Part shown: piece after piece, positions 56,684 to 64,000 of the stretch
Numbering within the stretch: the stretch's first letter is position 1
Layout of the letters: each line of letters begins with the position of its first letter
NCBI GenBank assembly: GCA_963664435.2
Contig: CAXXKM010000001.1
Span: 832,001-896,000 of the forward strand
Reading direction: 5' to 3'
Origin: Longimicrobiales bacterium
GTDB taxonomy: Bacteria > Gemmatimonadota > Gemmatimonadetes > Longimicrobiales > Gaopeijiaceae
Length of the DNA stretch: 64,000 nucleotides
The notes under the pieces: generated by a model
Told to the model about the DNA's origin: nothing
The model's database searches: none
What the model saw: the letters and a program-made list of their open reading frames with translations, nothing else
Position numbers and translations under genes: made by a program

Positions 56684-58153
56684 TCAGTTGGGATCCCAGA
56701 ACAGCGGTGTGTTCCAAGGCTCCGATCCCAGCCCCTGGGCCGACTGCGCGGCCATCAGGTTGGCGTTGTTCACCGACTCCTCGCTCTGCGGATACGGCAG
56801 CCGTACCGGGATGAGACCGTTGTTCAGGTTGTCGGGGCCCGCCACCAGGCCGGGATGGTTGGCGCGCCGGAAGTACGCCCACGCCTCCGGGCCCTGATCG
56901 TAGAGCGCGAACCACATCTGCTGGGCGATCTGCGCCAGCCGGGTGTCCATATCGGACGCGAAAGCCACCATCGGCTGCGCCAGATACGCGTCGATGTCGT
57001 CCGACGAGATGTCGTACGTCTCCATGGATGCCCGGATGCCGGCCTCGTAGAGGGCCGCTGCATCCCCCCCGGCGTAGCCTCTGACCGCGGCCTCCGCCCG
57101 AAGCAGCGCCACCTCGGCATACGACTGGATCCAAGTGGGCGTGTCGGGCTGCAGGAACCACGTGCCGACCCGGGACACCTGCTCGAACTCGATCCCGTGG
57201 CTGTCGTCCAACCCGTTGGGCATCCCGCGGAATTCACCGGTCTCCCTGGCCGGATCGGCGTAGATGGGGAGCCTGGGGTCGTTGTGCTCGATCAGCGCGT
57301 CGACCATCGCCGCGCTGATGCGGAAGTCGCCGGGGCGGGAGATGAACGCGGGCGCCATCGGGTTCTCGTTGGGCGGAGAGCCCAGCCAATCCAGCTTGGC
57401 CTCGTCCTCGCGGCTCTCGAAGACGCCCGCGGAAATCGCGCTCGAGGCCTCCGACGCGCTCATCAGGCGCATCGCCATGCGCAGCCGCAGCGAGTTCGCA
57501 AACCGCTGCCACTTGTACATGTCGCCCCCGAAGATCAGGTCCGGGCTGCCGACCGTTCCGCGGAACGCGTCGGGGAAGAGCCCGCTCATGGGAGCGATCT
57601 GGGAGCTCGCCGCGGACAACTCCGCGAGCAGGGCGCTGTAGATGGACTGCGCGTCATCGTACTTCGGCGTGATGTTGCCGGCCTCAAGCCCGCCCAGCGC
57701 TTCCGTGTAGGGGATGTCGCCCCACAGGTCCACCATGTTGTGGAACATCCACGCGCGCAGGATGCGCCCGACCGCTTCCTGGTTGGCCAGGCCCCTCTCG
57801 GCCGCCTTCTGGACCACCCCGTCGAAGTCCACCAGGGCCCCGGTATAGAAGCCGGCCCAGAGCCCGTCCGAGAAGCTGCCGTCGATCTCGTAGCGGTCGA
57901 TGGAGCCGTACTGGAGGCGCGCGTAGTGCTGCACCCAGACCGAGGCGGTGCCCCGGTCGAAGCCCGTTCCCAGCAGGCTGGTAACGGCGCCCACGATGCC
58001 CGCGGGCAGCAGGTACTGAGCCCCCACGTCGGTGGGCGCGTTTGGGTTGGTGTTGATCCCGGTGAAGTCCTCCGTGCAACCGGAGGCGCCCAGGCCGATC
58101 GCCACGATCAAACCGGCCGCGAGGCTTCGATGCATCTTTCTCTTCGTATTCAT
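56684..58153 (-). CDS. SusD/RagB-family lipoprotein
   Basis: ASGCTEDF..INTNPN, DLWGDIPY, WQRFANSLRLR, DPRL, SYAEV.LLRAEA, RLPYP. Confidence 0.93.
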   Translation of the reverse strand: MNTKRKMHRSLAAGLIVAIGLGASGCTEDFTGINTNPNAPTDVGAQYLLPAGIVGAVTSLLGTGFDRGTASVWVQHYARLQYGSIDRYEIDGSFSDGLWAGFYTGALVDFDGVVQKAAERGLANQEAVGRILRAWMFHNMVDLWGDIPYTEALGGLEAGNITPKYDDAQSIYSALLAELSAASSQIAPMSGLFPDAFRGTVGSPDLIFGGDMYKWQRFANSLRLRMAMRLMSASEASSAISAGVFESREDEAKLDWLGSPPNENPMAPAFISRPGDFRISAAMVDALIEHNDPRLPIYADPARETGEFRGMPNGLDDSHGIEFEQVSRVGTWFLQPDTPTWIQSYAEVALLRAEAAVRGYAGGDAAALYEAGIRASMETYDISSDDIDAYLAQPMVAFASDMDTRLAQIAQQMWFALYDQGPEAWAYFRRANHPGLVAGPDNLNNGLIPVRLPYPQSEESVNNANLMAAQSAQGLGSEPWNTPLFWDPN

Positions 58154-58223
58154 TCTCGATCTCCCGCTCGGTTCAGCTGTCTTCGGCATCATCGGTTTCT
58201 CCTGTCGAGACATGTGCGCCTCC

Positions 58224-61200
58224 TCAATGCACGACGGAGATGTTGATCCCGAAGGATCGCGGCGTCGGGAACTGCTTGTCTTCGATGCCGGCGAGATTCG
58301 CTTCGGTTGTGCTGCCCTCGATGGCTGCAGTCTCCGGATCGATGTGGGGGATCGCGGTCCACAGCCACACATTGCGGCCCACCAAGGTGATGCGTGCCTG
58401 CGACACCGGCAGATTGTCCAGGTAGGCCGGCGGCAGATCGAAGGCGATCGCGACCTCGCGCAGCTTGGTGAAGTTGTTCTCGAAGAGCCACTCGGTGTCC
58501 ACGTCGTCGAGGCGCGTGGCGAGCGTGCGCGGCGCGACCGCCACCGTGTTCGCCGCCCCGCCCTCGGTGACGCCGGGGAAGACGACCGGGCCCCGGCCGG
58601 TGACGCGGTCCGGATCCCAGTCCCTGGGGGTCGGGTTGGCCGACTCGTAGAGCACGCCCGTGCGGTAGCCCAGGCGGCAGGAGCCGCAGAAGATCTGTCC
58701 GCCGTTGTGCGTGTCGACCTGTGCGCTCACGGTGAAGGAGCCGTACGAGAGCGTGCTGCGGACGCCGCCGATCCAGTCGGGCTGGTAGGTGTCGATGATC
58801 TCGGACGACCCCCGGATCGGGAGACCGTTGGAGCCGACGATGATGTTGCCGGCGGAGTCCCTCTCCCACACCGGACCGAAGAAGATGCCGTACGGATGCC
58901 CGGGCCGCGCCTCGACGGCGCCGCGAATCCCTCCGGCCCGTCCGATCACGATCGACTCCAGGCCGGGCGCGAGTTCGAGCACCTCGGAGGTGTTCTTCCC
59001 GAAGTTGAAGGTCATGTCCCATCCGAGGCCGCCCGGCTGGTTCAGCAGATCGACCGTCAGCAGCGCCTCGATCCCCTTGTTCTGTACCGAGCCCGCATTC
59101 AGCACCTGACGCGTGTAGCCACTCGCCTCCGACACGTCCACGCCCAGGATCTGGTCCCTGGTGATCGAGTTGTAGTAGGTGAGGTCCACGGCGGCGCGAT
59201 CGAACCAGAAGCGCAGGTCCGCCCCGATCTCCCACGACCGGGTCTCCTCGGGCCTGAGGTCGGCGTTGGGAATCGTGTTGCTGGTCGTATAGCCGGGGAT
59301 GTTCCCGAACTTGTCGACCTCGGAATAGACCGAGGTGAGCTGATACGGATCGGCGTCGTTGCCGACCTTCGCCCAGCTCGCGCGCAGCTTCCCGTACGTG
59401 AGGAAGTCGGAGTCGATCTGGAGCGCGTCGGTGAACACGAGGCTGCCCGAGAAGGACGGATAGAAGTACGAACGGTTGTCCTCGGGCAGCGTCGAGGACC
59501 AGTCGTTGCGGGCCGTGACGTCGATGAAGGCGAAGTCCCGGTACCCGACGGTGAACAGGCCGTAGAGGCTGTTCACATGCTTCCTCTGGATGACGTAGTT
59601 CAGGAGCGGTGGAGCCGCGGAATTGCTCACGTTGTAGATGCCCGGGACGTTGAGCTTGCGGCTTCCCGCCTCCTGCAGATCGAAGTCGTTGCGCCGCATG
59701 TTCGCGCCGCCGCTGACGTTGAGCGAGAAATCGGTGGTCAGCTGCCGGTTCGCCGTGACCAGCGCCTCGATGTTGGTCTCCTGGTGGAACGAGGCGGCCT
59801 CCACGAAGCCTCCCTCAGGGGTGTCCTGGGAGTAGAACGGGTAGACCTCCTTGTTGGACTGCTCGAACCAGTCCGTCCCCAGGCGCACGCGCGCGTTGAG
59901 CCACTCGCCCGCCAGCTTGTAGTTGCCGGTGACCTGGCCGAGGACGCGGTTGCGCCGGTCGTCGTTGCTCCGGTAGTTCTGGACCCAGTACACGTTGTCG
60001 TGGTAGTTGTGGTTCCAGTTGGGGGTCAGTACGCCGGAATTCGGATCCCACTCCTCGTTGGCGCGCTGCATGCGCTTGGCGTCGACCTGGCGCTGGAACC
60101 AGTTGAAGATGTGGATGGCGTAATAGGACCCGTTCCCCGGCGCCGGGCGGTTGTGCCCCTGCGTCTGCGTGTACTGGAACGAGCCGTCAAGGTCGAACCG
60201 GTCGGTCACCTGCACGCCGGCGTTCAGGGCCAGCTGGGTGCGTTCCATTTCGTTCCGGGGGGCCATCCCGGTTGCGTCCAGGCGCAGCGCCGAGAAACGC
60301 ACGTTGGAACGCTCGGTGGCGTGGGAGATGGCGAAGTTGGTGGTGAGGTTGTTCCCGGTCTGGAAGTACTCGCGCACGTTCATCGGAGAGGGCAGCCAGG
60401 GCTGGGCGACGCCGGCCGACCACCACTGGGGATAGAGGCGCCCGTCGAGGGGCGGGCCCCAGCTCTCGTCCACGCCGTCGTTCTCGCCGCCGCCTCTGCC
60501 GTCGACCCAGTTGTAGCCGTCGTCGGTGGCGCCGCCGCCATAGATGTTCTGGTACTTGACCATGCGAAGCGGGGACTCGACGACGAAGTTGCTGCTCGCC
60601 GTGATGGTCGTGCGGCCGATCGCGCCCCTGCCCGACTTGGTCACGATCTCCACCACGCCGTTGGAGGCCCGCGACCCGTACAGCGCCGCCGCGTTCGCTC
60701 CCCGGAGCACCGTCACCGACTCGATGTTCGCGGGGTCGATGTCCTGGGCCATGTTGCCGTAGTCGATGCCGCTCCGGTTGCGCACGACCGCGCCCCGGGT
60801 GCCGCCGTTGGCGGCCGTCTCGCGCCGGCTGTTGTCGATGGGCACCCCGTCCACCACGATGAGCGGCTCGTTGTTGCCGGAGATCGAGGCGATCCCCCGC
60901 AGGACCATCTTCGCGGTGCCGCCCAGGACGGCGGGCGGCGTCACCCTGAGGCCCGCCACCTTGCCGGTCAGGCTGCTGATCACGTTGTTGTCGCGGACCT
61001 CGGCCAGTTCGTCGCCGTCGATGCCCTGCACCGAGTAGCCGAGGCTTCGCTCCGCGCGGGTGATGCCGAGCGCGGTGACCACCACTTCCTCCAGCAGCAG
61101 GGCTTCGCTCTCGAGCGCGAAGTCGGCCACGGCCGCGGCATCGGCGGTGACGGTGACCACCGCGGTCTGGGTCGCGTAGCCGAGCCGCCCGGCCTGGATC

Positions 61201-61433
61201 GTGACCTCGCCGACCGGCACTCCGGTGATGAGGTAGCGGCCCTCCGCGTTGGTCGCGGCCCCCGTGCCCTGGCCCACGATGGACACCTGGACGGCATCGA
61301 GGGGAGCCAGGGTCGCCGCGTCCGTGATCAGGCCGGTGATGCTGCCGGTCTGCGCGCGGAGCAGCGACGGGGCCGCCAGCAGGGCCAGCGCCAGAAAGGC
61401 GAGTGGCACGGTCCATACATTAAAGCGATTCAT
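58224..61433 (-). CDS. SusC/RagA-family TonB-dependent receptor
   Basis: VVVTALGI, IESVTVLRGANAAALYGSRASNGVV, ARNDWSSTLP, YFYPS, KLRASWAKVG. Confidence 0.96.
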   Translation of the reverse strand: MNRFNVWTVPLAFLALALLAAPSLLRAQTGSITGLITDAATLAPLDAVQVSIVGQGTGAATNAEGRYLITGVPVGEVTIQAGRLGYATQTAVVTVTADAAAVADFALESEALLLEEVVVTALGITRAERSLGYSVQGIDGDELAEVRDNNVISSLTGKVAGLRVTPPAVLGGTAKMVLRGIASISGNNEPLIVVDGVPIDNSRRETAANGGTRGAVVRNRSGIDYGNMAQDIDPANIESVTVLRGANAAALYGSRASNGVVEIVTKSGRGAIGRTTITASSNFVVESPLRMVKYQNIYGGGATDDGYNWVDGRGGGENDGVDESWGPPLDGRLYPQWWSAGVAQPWLPSPMNVREYFQTGNNLTTNFAISHATERSNVRFSALRLDATGMAPRNEMERTQLALNAGVQVTDRFDLDGSFQYTQTQGHNRPAPGNGSYYAIHIFNWFQRQVDAKRMQRANEEWDPNSGVLTPNWNHNYHDNVYWVQNYRSNDDRRNRVLGQVTGNYKLAGEWLNARVRLGTDWFEQSNKEVYPFYSQDTPEGGFVEAASFHQETNIEALVTANRQLTTDFSLNVSGGANMRRNDFDLQEAGSRKLNVPGIYNVSNSAAPPLLNYVIQRKHVNSLYGLFTVGYRDFAFIDVTARNDWSSTLPEDNRSYFYPSFSGSLVFTDALQIDSDFLTYGKLRASWAKVGNDADPYQLTSVYSEVDKFGNIPGYTTSNTIPNADLRPEETRSWEIGADLRFWFDRAAVDLTYYNSITRDQILGVDVSEASGYTRQVLNAGSVQNKGIEALLTVDLLNQPGGLGWDMTFNFGKNTSEVLELAPGLESIVIGRAGGIRGAVEARPGHPYGIFFGPVWERDSAGNIIVGSNGLPIRGSSEIIDTYQPDWIGGVRSTLSYGSFTVSAQVDTHNGGQIFCGSCRLGYRTGVLYESANPTPRDWDPDRVTGRGPVVFPGVTEGGAANTVAVAPRTLATRLDDVDTEWLFENNFTKLREVAIAFDLPPAYLDNLPVSQARITLVGRNVWLWTAIPHIDPETAAIEGSTTEANLAGIEDKQFPTPRSFGINISVVH

Positions 61434-61553
61434 CGTTGTCCTCCTTGCAAGGTACTGCCCTTGGAATTGCTGATCGGATTCGAGCATTGGCTGTCCCGCC
61501 GCCGACACGCTGCCGGGAGCCCGTGGGCCCTCCGCACACCGGGTCCCTTCCGG

Positions 61554-62147
61554 CTAACCGCCCCAGCGGTAGCCGAATCCCACGCTGAACGACGCGTCCA
61601 TCTGTGATTCGTCCACGACGTGGTTCTGGTAGGTCCAGCTCGTGACGTCCGCGAAGACGAAGGCGTTGGACTCGAGGAGAATCCGCACGCCCGCGCCGAA
61701 GACGCCCGTGAACTCGGTGACGTCGTACGCGTAGCTGTTCGTGGCTTCGCCCTGCCGGTCCACCACCACCAGCCCGCCGCCTCCGAACACGTACGGTTCC
61801 ATGTTGCCGCCGGTCATGAGCAGGACCTCGACGCCGCCGCCGTAGTACTGCCGCCCCAGATCGACCGCCTCGTTGATGCCCCCGGTATTGTCGGTCCCGG
61901 ACTTGGAGGTGAGGCTGACGTCCCCGCGGATCGAGATGCGCTCGTAGAGCTGAAGCGTCGCCCCGGCGCCGAAGCGGACGCCCATCCCGAAGGACACCGA
62001 ACGATCGGCGTCGTAGCCCGCGGGGTTGTTGATGAGTCCGCCGTGGGCGGAGAGAGAGAAGCTGCTGACGGGTTCCTGCGCGTTGGCGGGCAGGGCCGCG
62101 AAGGCACCCGCAAGCACTGCGAGGACAAGTCTCCGTACACCTGACAT
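61554..62147 (-). CDS. Small outer-membrane beta-barrel protein
   Basis: Signal peptide, alternating beta-strands, PYVFGGGG, C-terminal VGFGYRW. Confidence 0.85.
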   Translation of the reverse strand: MSGVRRLVLAVLAGAFAALPANAQEPVSSFSLSAHGGLINNPAGYDADRSVSFGMGVRFGAGATLQLYERISIRGDVSLTSKSGTDNTGGINEAVDLGRQYYGGGVEVLLMTGGNMEPYVFGGGGLVVVDRQGEATNSYAYDVTEFTGVFGAGVRILLESNAFVFADVTSWTYQNHVVDESQMDASFSVGFGYRWGG

Positions 62148-62372
62148 GGAGCCCTCCTTACTGCTGGCGAGGCGACGACCTGAGGAACCGGGAGGGCCGG
62201 CTGGTCGAGCCTCGGAAAACCTCGGAAAACCCGTATTATGGGATGAGCGAAGGCCCCACGTCAAGAGGTTTTGGATGTCGTGCCGCGCAGGCGCACGCTA
62301 TACTTGTTCGGAAGGCGTGTCGGGACGCGGAGAGCGCGCCGGGATGCGCTTGTCACACCAGCCGGGGACGCG

Positions 62373-64000
62373 ATGCTGCCCATCCTCCTGAGCGTGCTCA
62401 GCGCCGCGCCAGCACTGCAGGAAACGCAGACATCGGCGTATGCGGGCATCCGCGACGAGACCGAGGTTGCGGTGCCACGCCTGGAGCAGGACGCCGACAT
62501 CGACGGGTTCCTGGACGAGCCCGCGTGGCTCGCCGCCGCGGTGCTCACGGGCTTCTCCCAGTACGAACCCGTGGACCAGAGGCCGGCCGCCGACACCACC
62601 CAGGTCCTGGTCTGGTACTCTCCGACGGGCATCTACTTCGGCATCAGGGCCTTCGACGCCTCGGGATCGGTCAACGCCACGCTCGCCGACCGGGACCGGA
62701 TCGAGGGCGACGACTACGTCCAGCTGCTGCTCGACACCTTCGACGACCGGCGCCAGGCGTTCCTCTTCGGCGTCAACCCGTTCGGCATCCAGCAGGACGG
62801 CAACCGCACCGAGGGCGAGCAGGGCCGGGCGAGCCGGGGCGTGGAGGTGAGCGAGACCAATCTCACGCCGGACTACGTCTTCGACTCGAGGGGCAGGCTC
62901 ACCGACTACGGCTACGAGGTCGAGATCCACATCCCCTTCCAGAGCATCAGCTACCAGGCGTCCGACGTGCAAAGCTGGGGCATCAACGTCATCCGCAAGG
63001 TGCAGCATTCGGGGTACACCGACACCTGGACGCCCACGCGGCGGGGCGCCGCATCCTTCCTCGCCCAGTCGGGGCGGCTGTTGGATCTGCGCGACCTCAC
63101 CCGGGGCATGGTGGTCGACTTCACGCCGGCGGTGACGGCGGCGCTGAACGGCGCACCCGACGCGAGCGACGCCTGGAGCTACGGGTCGGACGCGGAGATG
63201 GGGGGCAACCTGCGCTGGGGCGTGAGCGCCAACCTCACCCTGGACGCCACCGTCAACCCCGACTTCTCCCACGTCGAGGCGGATGTGGGGCAGGTCTCGA
63301 GCAACGAGCGCTTCGCCCTCTTCTTCCCCGAAAAGCGCCCCTTCTTCCTCGAGGGCATCGATCGCTTCGACGCTCCCAACCGGCTCATCTACACGCGCCG
63401 GCTGCAGAATCCGTTGACGGGGGTCAAGCTGACCGGGAAAGTGGCCGGCATGAACATCGGCCTGCTCTCCGGCATCGACGGGGCCGTCCCGAACAGCGGC
63501 GGCGTGGACTCGAACCCCTGGTTCAACGCGCTTCGGCTGCAGCGCGACGTCGGCGGGCAGTCCACGGTCGGAATGGTCTACACGGACCGCATCCTGGGCG
63601 GCGACTTCAACCGGGTGGCGGCGGCCGACACCCGCCTCGTCTTCGGGGGCGTCTACACGATGTCCCTGCAGGGGGGCGCGAGCTTCACCCGGGCGGCGGG
63701 AACGACCACCGGGGCGCCCATCTGGGAGGCGGTCTTCCAGCGCACCGGACGCCGCCTGGTGCTCGACTATCGGATCACCGGCATCCATCCCGACTTCGAA
63801 ACCCAGGCCGGCTTCGTCAACCGCCCCGGCGTCATCCACAGCCGGACCAGCAACAGCGTCAACTTCTACGGGGGCCCGGGCGCCGTCATCGAGCGCTGGA
63901 CACCGGGATTCAGCACGATGGGCTGGTGGGGATACCACGGGTTCGGCAGCGACGCGCCGGAGGAGACCAAGACCTTCCTGTCGAGCACATTCCAGCTTCG
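62373..64000 (+). CDS. CBM9-like plus DUF5916 outer-membrane protein (3' end runs off the window)
   Basis: Manual translation: IDGFLDEPAW, LDATVNPDFSHVEAD, FFPEKRPFFLEG. Confidence 0.88.
   Translation, partial: MLPILLSVLSAAPALQETQTSAYAGIRDETEVAVPRLEQDADIDGFLDEPAWLAAAVLTGFSQYEPVDQRPAADTTQVLVWYSPTGIYFGIRAFDASGSVNATLADRDRIEGDDYVQLLLDTFDDRRQAFLFGVNPFGIQQDGNRTEGEQGRASRGVEVSETNLTPDYVFDSRGRLTDYGYEVEIHIPFQSISYQASDVQSWGINVIRKVQHSGYTDTWTPTRRGAASFLAQSGRLLDLRDLTRGMVVDFTPAVTAALNGAPDASDAWSYGSDAEMGGNLRWGVSANLTLDATVNPDFSHVEADVGQVSSNERFALFFPEKRPFFLEGIDRFDAPNRLIYTRRLQNPLTGVKLTGKVAGMNIGLLSGIDGAVPNSGGVDSNPWFNALRLQRDVGGQSTVGMVYTDRILGGDFNRVAAADTRLVFGGVYTMSLQGGASFTRAAGTTTGAPIWEAVFQRTGRRLVLDYRITGIHPDFETQAGFVNRPGVIHSRTSNSVNFYGGPGAVIERWTPGFSTMGWWGYHGFGSDAPEETKTFLSSTFQL

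Overview
High-GC bacterial chromosomal segment with about 48 protein genes. I found no rRNA, tRNA or CRISPR array. The gene content (three SusC-like TonB-dependent receptors, two with SusD partners, plus barrel-less plug proteins, a DUF1592/DUF1552/ankyrin operon, DUF5916 and many secreted hydrolases) suggests Gemmatimonadota; this and a possible host-associated lifestyle are inferences. Accessory elements are an intact IS630 inserted at a CTAG that supplies the stop codons of both flanking genes, an AAA/DUF4143 ATPase with a perfect 14-bp operator palindrome, a decayed hipBA-like module, and an HNH nuclease next to a Fic gene. The most notable items are: (1) a GPP34/GOLPH3-domain-cytochrome P450 fusion tightly linked to an acyltransferase-3 gene; (2) an AhpC/TSA selenoprotein (UxxC with a SECIS-like hairpin) that the ORF track splits in two; (3) a small secreted Trp/Cys-rich peptide; (4) three barrel-less SusC-plug mini-proteins; (5) a one-chain GAF-PAS-kinase-receiver-wHTH regulator. 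All family calls come from motif recognition by eye; no database search was run.
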